This document shows positions 10,352-19,162 of a stretch of DNA of 54,106 bases, piece by piece. Origin of the DNA: an uncultured Lentisphaeria bacterium (lineage in GTDB: Bacteria; Verrucomicrobiota; Lentisphaeria; Victivallales; UBA1829); the NCBI GenBank assembly GCA_905211485.1, contig CAJMAW010000002.1, positions 1 through 54,106 of the forward strand, in the 5' to 3' direction. The notes under the pieces are model-generated. The model did not search any database and was not told where the DNA came from. It saw only the letters and a program-made list of their open reading frames with translations. The number at the start of each line of letters is the position of its first letter. Within the stretch, counting starts at the first letter, position 1. Both the position numbers and the translations under genes were made by a program.

Positions 10352-10648
10352 CGTACTGTTTTTTCATCCTTCATTCTTTGCATTGTTCTGATGACTTGAA
10401 GATGGGATCTTCTTTCCGTTTTCCGCCCCCCCTTTTTCCTCTTTGCTCATTTCATTTTTGCCGGAGTGGGGAAGCAGTTCTTTCTGGAGGAAAGATAACC
10501 TTCCCCGTCCCGGAATGCAAGGGAACTGGCTTCTTTTTCCCGGGATGGTGGGAAAGGGAAGGCGGGGGAAGAAGAGGAAGGAAAAGGAAGAAGGGAAAAA
10601 GAAAGAATGCGGAAGCATATCCCCGTTTCCAGAGGCCTCATTTTTTCT

Positions 10649-12094
10649 TCAAAGAGAAAGTTTCTGCCAGCGCCGGCTTCCGAAGACTGGGGTGCTGGAA
10701 ACGCGGAATTCTCCGGAGGAAGTTCTGTCCAGAGCCATCACCATATACCGAAGGGCGTCCATGGCATGATCGTTGAGTTTCAGGGGTTCTTCCCTGGCAT
10801 TGCGGGAATCTGCGGAAGGGCACCAGCGGTAGTCGTAGATTTCGGAAAGGAGCTGCTTGAGATTTCTGAAAAAGAAAAGACGGGGTCTGCCGTCCGGAGC
10901 GACGGAAAGACGGTTCTTGACGCTCTGGATGCCGAGGATCACATCTTTCTTCGCCGCCCGGGTCCGGATTCCGGCGTCTTCCAGTTCAGCGCGTTCGGAT
11001 GCGTCATGATCGGCGACGGTAACGGCATATCGTTCATCGACGGACAAGCGCAGGATCTCTTCCGCATGAATCCGGGTCCGGACGGATGACTTGTAATATT
11101 CCCTGTAGATGTAGAGTCTTCCGTCCCCGTCGACGGCTCCCCAGAGACAGACAAAGGGGTTTGTGAAACCGAAGTCGATGGCGCGGAAACGTTTCCAATC
11201 CGCGGGGATTTCAAAGGGGTCCAGAGTATGGATTTCTTCGTCGAATTCCTCATAGACCGCGCCCTGATTGTCGCGCCAGATTCCATTGAGCATCCGGTCC
11301 TTCATCACAGAGGGGAGCGCCTCCAATGAAGCCAGGTATTCCGGAGGAAGATGAGAGAGATTGTCGTATGCTGACCAGTTCAGGCGCGCCCATTTTTCCG
11401 CATCGGGGAGAGGCTCTTCCGTTTCGGGATCAAGCTGTCTCACACCGACGTAATGAAGCCAGTGGCGCGGTCCCCGCGGATTGCAGTCCAGAATCAGTTT
11501 CGGGACGGCCGTGCGGCCTTTCGAGTCGCGGCAGCGCTGGGCAAGACGCGTCACAGCCATCTGGACCGTCTCATAAGAAAGCTGGGTGGCTTCATTCAGA
11601 AAGACTGTAATGTATTCGTTGCCAAGGATTTTTTCCGTCCGATCCGCATCATCCAGCCCGCCCACCGTAATGCTCGAACCGTTCCGGAAATACAGACAGA
11701 GATCCGTTTCACTGAAACGGCAGAGTCCGCCGGGGACATGAATTCTCAGATATCTTTTCAGTGTATCCGCCCACAGCGAAGTCTTCGCGTGAGCACGGCA
11801 TTTCCGGGCCGCAAGCTGATGCGAACCGGGATACTGAAGCGCACGCCGGACAAGATATTCCGTAATCAGCGCGGTTTTCCCGGAACGGGAACCGCCGTCA
11901 AAAAGAATCCGGGTCTTGTTCCGCGAACTCAGGATTTTCCATCCGAGTTTCTGTTTTTCATTAAATTTCAATCCCATAATAACGGCAGTCCGTCTCTGTT
12001 TTTCCTTGATTCTTCCTGTTCCGGGTTTTCTCTTCTTTGCAGGTGGGGAAATTTTTTCTGCTTTTCCCGGCTTGACCCTGCCCCGGCTTTTCAT
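10649..12094 (-). CDS. phage terminase large subunit (PBSX/Terminase_3-like), orphan
   Basis: Walker A FDGGSRSGKT. Walker B-like ITVFLNEAT. RNase-H-like nuclease motifs AIDFGFTNP, ADHDASE and LNDHAMDALRY. Start placed at ATG 12094 (GGAG 5 nt upstream). Alternatives are 11977 (MGLKFNEKQ) or the track start 12196. Confidence 0.8.
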   Translation of the reverse strand: MKSRGRVKPGKAEKISPPAKKRKPGTGRIKEKQRRTAVIMGLKFNEKQKLGWKILSSRNKTRILFDGGSRSGKTALITEYLVRRALQYPGSHQLAARKCRAHAKTSLWADTLKRYLRIHVPGGLCRFSETDLCLYFRNGSSITVGGLDDADRTEKILGNEYITVFLNEATQLSYETVQMAVTRLAQRCRDSKGRTAVPKLILDCNPRGPRHWLHYVGVRQLDPETEEPLPDAEKWARLNWSAYDNLSHLPPEYLASLEALPSVMKDRMLNGIWRDNQGAVYEEFDEEIHTLDPFEIPADWKRFRAIDFGFTNPFVCLWGAVDGDGRLYIYREYYKSSVRTRIHAEEILRLSVDERYAVTVADHDASERAELEDAGIRTRAAKKDVILGIQSVKNRLSVAPDGRPRLFFFRNLKQLLSEIYDYRWCPSADSRNAREEPLKLNDHAMDALRYMVMALDRTSSGEFRVSSTPVFGSRRWQKLSL

Positions 12095-12347
12095 TGAATC
12101 TCCAAACGTCAAAAAAAAACGGGAGGGGAGGAGACCTTTCTTTGCCGGAACTCTTTTCTTCCTTCTCCGGACGCAGACGGCAAGCCCGGAAGGCAAATTT
12201 CTCCAGCTGAAAAAACAAGTTTTCAGGAAAAATAAGCGCTCCGAAACTGGAAAAATCAGAAAAAAAAGCTATCTTACAAGTTCTGTTTTTATGACGGAGA
12301 GAAAAACAAGAAACAAGTCTCCGGGAACGCGGGAACGGCAAGGAATT

Positions 12348-14177
12348 ATGCAGAACATCAGAAATATCGCAATCATCGCGCACGTCGACCACGGGAAAAC
12401 CACGCTCGTGGACCAGATCATCAGGCAGGCGAAAATCTTCCGGGAAAACCAGGAAATGCACGAGTGTTTCCTGGACAGCAACGACATCGAACGCGAACGC
12501 GGAATCACTATCCTTTCCAAGAACATCAGCGTCAATTACAAGAATACGAAGATCAATATCATCGACACTCCGGGGCACAGCGACTTCGGCGGCCAGGTGG
12601 AAAGAGTCCTGAACATGACCGACGGAGTGCTTCTTCTTGTCGACGCTGCCGAAGGTCCCCTGCCCCAGACCCGTTTTGTTCTGGACAAGGCTTTGAAACT
12701 GAATTTGAAACCGGTAGTCGTCATCAACAAGATCGACCGTCCGGACGCCCGGGTTCAGGAAATCCACAATGCCGTTTTCGATCTTTTCATCGATCTGGAT
12801 GCCTCTGAAGAACAGCTGGATTTCCCCGTGCTTTACGCCAGCGGAAAAAACGGATGGGTCACGGATGACCTCGAACATGGGAAGAGGGATTCGATTCTGC
12901 CGCTCATGGACGCCATTCTGGAAAAGATCCCGCCTCCGCCGCACCGGGAAGGCCCCGTTCAGATGCAGGTCACCACGCTGGACTACAACGATTATGTCGG
13001 ACGCATCGGCATCGGCAGGATTCACCGCGGGACGCTCAATACGAAAAAACCGCTTGTTCTCATTAAGCGCGACGGAAGCGTTGTCCCGACCCAGATCAAA
13101 CAGCTCTTTCTTTTCGAGGGAATCGAACGCCGGGAATCCGTTCAGGCGGAATGCGGCGACATCTGCGCTGTCGTCGGAATCGAAAACATCGATATCGGCG
13201 ACACCATCGCCGACGCGGAAACGCCCGAACCCATGCCCCCCATCGCCATCGACGAACCCACGATTTCCATGATGTTCCGTGTCAACGATTCCCCGCTTTT
13301 CGGACAGGAAGGGAAATTCATCAGCAGCAGACACATCCGCGAACGGCTCTTCAAAGAGGCGGAAAGGGATGTCGCGCTCCGCGTGGAGGAGACGTCCGGC
13401 GACTGTTTCAAAGTCAGCGGGCGCGGCGTTCTCCACATCTCCATCCTCATCGAAAACATGCGCCGGGAAGGATATGAGCTGACCATTTCCCAGCCGCACG
13501 TCATCACAAAAGAAATCGACGGAGTCCTCAACGAACCCATCGAAATCCTTTCCGCGGACGTCCCCGACAACTGCACAGGCAAAGTCATCGAACTTGTCGG
13601 CAGCCGCAAGGGCGAAATGCTGAGAATGGAACAGCACGGCAACCGCCAGCTGATCGAATTCCACATCCCCACCCGCGGCATCATCGGGCTCCGGAGCAAA
13701 ATCATGACCGCCACCGCAGGAGAAGCCATCATCTCCCACCGTTTCGATCATTATGAACCCTTCAAAGGGGATATTCCGCAGAGAATCAATGGAGTCCTCG
13801 TCAGCATGGGAAGGGGAAAAGCCATCGCCTATGCCATCGACGGACTTCAGCTGCGTGGAAAATTCTTCATCGAACCCGGAGTGGAAACCTATGAGGGAAT
13901 GATTGTCGGAGAACACTGCAAGGACGATGACCTCGAAGTCAATCTCCAGCGGGCAAAAAAACTAACCAATATGCGTGCCGCCGGATCCGACAGAAACCTC
14001 AAAATCGCTCCCGCCGAAAAAATGAGTCTCGAAGAAGCTCTCGAATATATCGCGGACGACGAATATCTGGAAGTCACCCCTCAAAACATCCGCCTCCGTA
14101 AAAAATATCTGACCGAACTCGAACGCAGAAGAATGCGAAACGCCAAGGCCAGAGAAGAAGAAGAAAGCGAAAACTGA
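12348..14177 (+). CDS. typA: translational GTPase TypA/BipA
   Basis: 609 aa from ATG 12348 ([22 protein letters not shown]). Contains DTPGH and NKID with BipA domain order. The 144-codon upstream extension in the ORF track has no homology-like content. Confidence 0.95.
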   Translation: MQNIRNIAIIAHVDHGKTTLVDQIIRQAKIFRENQEMHECFLDSNDIERERGITILSKNISVNYKNTKINIIDTPGHSDFGGQVERVLNMTDGVLLLVDAAEGPLPQTRFVLDKALKLNLKPVVVINKIDRPDARVQEIHNAVFDLFIDLDASEEQLDFPVLYASGKNGWVTDDLEHGKRDSILPLMDAILEKIPPPPHREGPVQMQVTTLDYNDYVGRIGIGRIHRGTLNTKKPLVLIKRDGSVVPTQIKQLFLFEGIERRESVQAECGDICAVVGIENIDIGDTIADAETPEPMPPIAIDEPTISMMFRVNDSPLFGQEGKFISSRHIRERLFKEAERDVALRVEETSGDCFKVSGRGVLHISILIENMRREGYELTISQPHVITKEIDGVLNEPIEILSADVPDNCTGKVIELVGSRKGEMLRMEQHGNRQLIEFHIPTRGIIGLRSKIMTATAGEAIISHRFDHYEPFKGDIPQRINGVLVSMGRGKAIAYAIDGLQLRGKFFIEPGVETYEGMIVGEHCKDDDLEVNLQRAKKLTNMRAAGSDRNLKIAPAEKMSLEEALEYIADDEYLEVTPQNIRLRKKYLTELERRRMRNAKAREEEESEN

Positions 14178-14180
14178 ACT

Positions 14181-14232
14181 CTGAAACAAAAACCTGAAAC
14201 AAAAACCTGCAACGGAAACCTGAAACGGGACA
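14181..14232. repeat. 4 x 13-bp tandem repeat (CTGAAACAAAAAC-like)
   Basis: The four copies read CTGAAACAAAAAC / CTGAAACAAAAAC / CTGCAACGGAAAC / CTGAAACGGGACA. They are preceded by a partial copy CTGAACT that contains the typA TGA stop. Confidence 0.8.
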
Positions 14233-14869
14233 CGTAAAAAAACAAGGGGAAAATCAAAACAAGGAAAAAACCGGCGGGGAAAGCGTAAGCGTATTCACGC
14301 CTCATTTTCTGCCCGTCCGTCTCGTCTTTCATCTGAGGGATTCTGCTCCTTTTTTTCACCTTCCGGGGAAAACCGTTTTTCTCCGGGCAGAAGGAGAACA
14401 TCCCTGCGGGAACTGGCAGGACGGGAGAGAAGCAGGCGGTGCTCTGCTCCGTTTTCTCCGCAGACGGCCCCGGATTTTTCTTTTCCGCTTCATGTGATTT
14501 TCCGTTTTTCCTTTCCGGAATTACTTTTTTCCGGGAGACGTCAATCCAGCCATGTTTCAGGAATAGAACGCTTTTCCCTGCCCTCTCCCGTTGCGTCGGC
14601 AGTTCATGAGGGGCGATCTTCCGGCTGTCTTTGCTGTCCGCCGCGGCCGGGACGCGGGAAAGAACGCTTTGCGGGAAATGGAGAGAAATCCAGAGGGGGG
14701 CACTGCCGGGAGAGAAACGCGAATGAAAGACTATTGATAGAGGATAGAGCAAGAAAAAGGTGGGGAAGCGCAGGATAATATATATGAGGACGGAGGGGGG
14801 GACCGGAGACGGATGAAAAAGAAAACACTTTAATGTTAATGGTTCACAAATGGTTCAGGGTATACGGGA

Positions 14870-16989
14870 ATGATTGATTTTCAGAATGTATCAAAACTTC
14901 TCGGTGGTCGCGACATTTTCCGGAACGTGTCCTTTCGCGTCAACAAAGGCGAACGCATCGGGGTCGTCGGCCCCAACGGTTCCGGGAAGACGACGCTTTT
15001 TTCCCTGATCTGCGGAGACCTTTCCCCCGACAAAGGGGAAATTGTGAAACCGGAGAAGGCCAGGCTCGGATTTCTGCGGCAGCAGCTGGGATTTTTCCGT
15101 GAAAGCGAGCCGCTTCTCTCCTTTGCCGAAGCCGCGGGCGGAGAACTGCCGCGACTCCAGGAACGCATCATTGCCCTGGAACAGAAACTCTCCACTCTTC
15201 CACAGGAGAAGAGTTCCGAACGGGAATCGCTCTTGAAACAGCTGGGGCAGGCGCAAAGTGAATTTGAGGCACTGGGCGGCTATGAAATGTCGCACCGAGC
15301 GGCGGCGGCGCTGGCGGGGCTGGGATTCCGGGAATCCGACAATAGAGTTCGAACTCAGTGTCGGCGCGGCGTTCTACCCAGCGGCTGATGCTGGCGCGGG
15401 CGCTGTACAAGGACGGCGCGATTCTGCTGCTGGACGAACCCTCCAATTACCTTGACATTCCCGCCGTCGAATGGCTCCAGCGCAGACTCAAGAATTACGA
15501 AGGCACCCTTCTGCTCATCTCCCACGACCGTTATTTGCTCAATTCCCTGACGGACATCACACTGGAAATCAACGGAGGAAACGCCACACGCTATTCCGGC
15601 GGATATTTCTATTACGTCCGCGAACGCGAAGAACGCCGCCGCATCTCCGAAGCCGCCGCAAAAAACAACGAGCGGAAACGCCAGCAGCTGGAAAACAACA
15701 TCAACCGTTTCCGGGCCAAGGCCACCAAAGCCGCGCAGGTGCAGTCCTGGATCAAAATGCTCGATAAAATGGAAGACGTCCGTGCGCCCGAGGATCTGCA
15801 TTTCACCGGACGGATCCGCATCCCGTCTCCGCCCCCCTGCGGAGCGGCGGAGATCCTCCGTCTGGAAAATGTCTCCCACAGCTATGACGGAGTCCGCTGG
15901 ATCCTGAAAGACATTGATCTTGCCATCGGGAAAGGCGATAAAATCGGAGTCATCGGATACAACGGCACAGGGAAAAGCACCCTGCTCCGAATCATTGCGG
16001 GCCGTTTTCCCCCGACAGAAGGCAGCAGGAAAATCAGCCACAAGGTCGTCATCGGCTATCAGGCACAGGAATTTGCGGAGCTTCTGCCTGAGGAACAGAG
16101 CGTCTTCGACGTGGTGAAGGAAGCATCCGCGGGGACGGATCTGCCGTCTCAGAGAATCCGGGAAATACTCGGAGCCTTCGGCTTTTCAGGCGATGCGGCG
16201 CTGAAACCGTGCCGTGTGCTGAGCGGAGGAGAGAAAATCCGCCTCTGCTTTGCCCGGATTTTCGTCAATCCCCCGAATCTGCTCGTCCTGGACGAACCGA
16301 CCACGCATCTGGATATCGCGGCAAGAGAAGCGCTTCAGGAGGCTTTGAAAGAATATCAGGGAACCGTCTGCCTCGTCAGTCACGACATGGAATTCCTGCG
16401 CGGAACAGCGGACAATATTCTGGAAATGCGTTCTCCCGGCGTCCGCAGATATTTCGGGAATTACGATTATTACAAGGAAAAAACCGCCAGTGAAGCTGAA
16501 AAATCCGCCCCCTCCTCCCCTTCTTCCGCCGCGGAAGGAAGAGCGGGAAGAAATGCTGCCTCCGCCGCTTCGGGATCTGCAAGGGGAAAGGAGCCTTCAT
16601 CAGGAGCTGTCTCCTTCGGATCGTCAGGAGCAGGAGACGGAACTGGTGGAGGAACTGGAGGAGGAACTGGAACGGTTGTCAACCCGAAGGAACTCAGGAG
16701 AGAACGCGCGGCGAAACGTCAGGAAATGTCCGGGGAGAAGCGGCGTCTGGAAAGGGAAATCGCCGAAATCGAAAAAAAGATCGAATCCGCCGAAGAGGAG
16801 AAGTCTGAGATTTTAAGACAGCTCTCCTCCCCAGGCGAAGGCATCGACTTTGCCTCGCTCCAGAAGCGCCTGAAGGAAATCGACTACACCCTCGCCCTCG
16901 CCACCGTAGACTGGGAAAACACCGCCACGCGTTATGAAGAATTCATGAAGGAATACCGGAAAAATGACGAAAAACCTCCCAAAGGCTGA
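14870..16989 (+). pseudogene. ABC-F family ATPase (Uup/YheS-like), reading frame broken in NBD1
   Basis: Fragment 14870-15388 carries Walker A GPNGSGKTT and the Q-loop. Fragment 15358-16989 carries LMLARAL..LLLDEPSNYLD, a full second NBD (GYNGTGKST, LSGGEK, LVLDEPTTHLD) and a C-terminal coiled coil. The frame change must lie within 15346-15385. This could be a real pseudogene or an assembly indel. Confidence 0.8.
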
Positions 16990-18847
16990 GGATGACTCCT
17001 TCCCCTCCTCCAGTAGCAGCGCATCCGGAAACAGCGCATCCAGCACCCCGCAGGGGAGCTCCTCCCAGCTCCGGACCGAACGGAAAAAGGAACTGGAAGA
17101 AATCAGAGGCCGGATCCGGACGGAACGCTTCCCCCTCTGGCTCGGACTGCTTCAGGATATGGGAAAAACGGCCTCCACGGGAAAAACTCTTGTCCGCTTC
17201 CCGGCGGCATCGACTTATCTTTTTACAAGCGGACAGGTCAAATGGGCAATGGATCCGGTTTATTCGGTGGGGGAACTTCCTCCGCCGGAAGAGGAGCTGG
17301 ACGCCATTGCAGAAATGATTGCGGATTTTGCATTTGTCATCATCACACACTGTCATGCGGATCACTGTCAGAAGGAACTGATTTCCAAAATCATGAAGAA
17401 AGGGAAGAGAACGCCTTCCTGGATTCTTTCCGAAGAAGTAATGGAGGATTTTTTCCGATGCGTTCCCGACTGCGTGTCTCTCTCTCCGGACAAGCTGATT
17501 TTCCTGAAAACAGGAGAGGAAATCACAGTGGAAGGGATCCGGACAGTCTGTCTTCCAGGTCTGCATTCGGAGCCGGGAAAGCAGAAGACGGCCTCGGGGT
17601 CCTTCGCGGTCTTCCCTCCGGAAGGGCTGTCGCTGTATTTTCCGGTGGATGTCCGCGATTTCCATCTGCCGGAACTGCCGGCGGAGCGTTTCGACTTCGT
17701 TTTCGGACACGTTTGGCTCGGAAGAACAGACAATACATCTGATGCTCCCTTCCCCGCACTCGGAGAATTCTGCGCTCTGCTGAATCAAACCCATCCGGAT
17801 CAGCTTGTTCTGACTCATCTTTATGAGGTCTCCAGAGCGCCGGAAGACATCTGGACGGAACGCCACGCAAAACTTGCGGAGGACGGGCTGAAACGTCTGA
17901 ATCCCGCCGTGAATGTCCTCATTCCGCGAAGGGGGGATACGCTTCTGCTGACGTCTCCGCATACGGAGGACCCTTTTCTGCAAATCTCCCGGAACAGTGC
18001 ATCCGATTTTCTGAAAAACCTCGGCTGCTCCATCAAAAAGGACCCGCTGTCTCAGCTGAGACAGGCAATCGCTCAGAAAGTGCCTGTCCTCGAATTCACG
18101 AGCACACTTCTGGCGGATTCCGCGATTCCCTCCCTGCTGGCGGAATGGCGGGAGGCCGGCGGAGAGATTCTCTCTGCCCATCTGCCGGAACTGCCGCTTT
18201 CCGGAGAAGAGAATTCGGAGGAAAAGCAGCTCCGATACCGTGAACAGGTGCGTCTTGCCCTCGACCGGGGAATCGACCGTGTAACCGTCCATGCACCCTT
18301 CTGCAGCGTGTCCTATCTGAAACAGCATCTTCCCGAGGTTCTGGCGAACTACCGTCTTCTGCTCGAACCTCTGCTGGAATCGGGAATCCATATCGGGATT
18401 GAAAACATGCACATGAACTCCAGCTCCGCTCCGGATGAAAACCGGCGATGCTGTTTGCTTCCGGAAGAATGCAGATCGTTCATAGAAGCCCTGAGAAAGG
18501 AATTCGGAGGATACGGATATCCGAAGCTCGGACTCCATCTCGATTTCGGACATGCCTATGCGAATTTCCCCTATTCTGAAAAATATCCTCCGGAAATTTG
18601 GCTCAGGCTCTGCGGATCCTGCATCAACGGCCTCCATCTGCATCAATTCGTTTCGGAAGCGAATACGGAACATCCCTACCCGCAGGGACACCACCATGTC
18701 ACGAACCGGACCTGCGGACATCCATCTCTGGCGCCGCTCTTCAACGCCTGGGCAGAGGGGGTTTTCCGCGCACCGATCTTTCTGGAAGTCGCCCGGGGCC
18801 GGGAAGGCACCCCTTTCCCCTCTCTGGAACGCCTGCGCCATCTCTGA
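16964..18847 (+). CDS. fusion protein: MBL-fold metallo-hydrolase + xylose-isomerase-like TIM barrel (AP_endonuc_2-type)
   Basis: The N half has the H-x-H-x-D-H motif (IITHCHADHC) and later His/Asp positions (LPGLHSE, FGHVW, LTHLYE). The C half has IGIENMH, HLDFGHA, GLHLHQF and IFLEVA, typical of sugar-phosphate isomerase/epimerase TIM barrels. It overlaps the ABC-F end by 26 nt, and the exact start is uncertain. Confidence 0.7.
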   Translation: MTKNLPKAEDDSFPSSSSSASGNSASSTPQGSSSQLRTERKKELEEIRGRIRTERFPLWLGLLQDMGKTASTGKTLVRFPAASTYLFTSGQVKWAMDPVYSVGELPPPEEELDAIAEMIADFAFVIITHCHADHCQKELISKIMKKGKRTPSWILSEEVMEDFFRCVPDCVSLSPDKLIFLKTGEEITVEGIRTVCLPGLHSEPGKQKTASGSFAVFPPEGLSLYFPVDVRDFHLPELPAERFDFVFGHVWLGRTDNTSDAPFPALGEFCALLNQTHPDQLVLTHLYEVSRAPEDIWTERHAKLAEDGLKRLNPAVNVLIPRRGDTLLLTSPHTEDPFLQISRNSASDFLKNLGCSIKKDPLSQLRQAIAQKVPVLEFTSTLLADSAIPSLLAEWREAGGEILSAHLPELPLSGEENSEEKQLRYREQVRLALDRGIDRVTVHAPFCSVSYLKQHLPEVLANYRLLLEPLLESGIHIGIENMHMNSSSAPDENRRCCLLPEECRSFIEALRKEFGGYGYPKLGLHLDFGHAYANFPYSEKYPPEIWLRLCGSCINGLHLHQFVSEANTEHPYPQGHHHVTNRTCGHPSLAPLFNAWAEGVFRAPIFLEVARGREGTPFPSLERLRHL

Positions 18848-19162
18848 GTCTTTTCCGGGGGCCGGGATATTCCACCCGAAGAGGAGGAGGAAGCCTTTTT
18901 CTTTTTTCCTTTTTCTCCAGTTCCGCCGATCTGGAAAAAACAAAAAAATATTGTGCACAGTCTCCAGCGCAAAGTTGAAAAACCCGGTGGAAACGCTATC
19001 TTTTGCCGAGGGAGGGGGAGAGTCATGCGTGCAAAACGGCCGATCGTAAGCGGGGGCAAGAAAAATAAGACAAAGAAAAGAGGCGGCGCCCCTCCCCCGC
19101 CGCAGACGAATCATCAAGCAATGCCCGGCCATCATGGGCCTCTGGAAGGAAGAAGTGATTGT

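Noticed and set aside
10364-10641. Repetitive GGAAG/GAAGA-rich DNA here, and similar tracts elsewhere, considered as possible CRISPR or other interspersed repeat arrays.
   Set aside because: There is no repeat-spacer periodicity and no repeats of 24-40 nt with unique spacers. These are simple homopurine low-complexity tracts.
8756-12196. Possibility that the glycosidase plus terminase region is a prophage.
   Set aside because: Only one phage-type gene is present. No integrase, portal, capsid, tail, lysis or repressor genes occur within the window, and no att-like repeats were seen by eye.
11916-12347. 144-codon N-terminal extension of typA in the ORF track, and the 12196 start of the terminase ORF.
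   Set aside because: The extensions run through homopyrimidine/homopurine spacer sequence. They overlap each other on opposite strands and precede well-placed ATG starts with SD-like sequences (12348 for typA, 12094 for the terminase).
14405-14450. The segment GGCAGGACGGGAGAGAAGCAGGCGG superficially resembles the SRP RNA domain IV core (GGUCAGGUCCGGAAGGAAGCAGCC).
   Set aside because: I could not fold a closing helix around a GNRA tetraloop, and the flanks show no complementary 5'/3' helix. Similarity to the purine-rich background is a simpler explanation. Only a covariance-model scan could settle it.
14081-14752. 223-aa ORF (minus strand) and 94-aa ORF (plus strand) inside the typA/ABC-F spacer.
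   Set aside because: The translations are implausible (S/F/R/P-rich). One overlaps the typA 3' end antisense. Neither has recognisable motifs or start-site signals.
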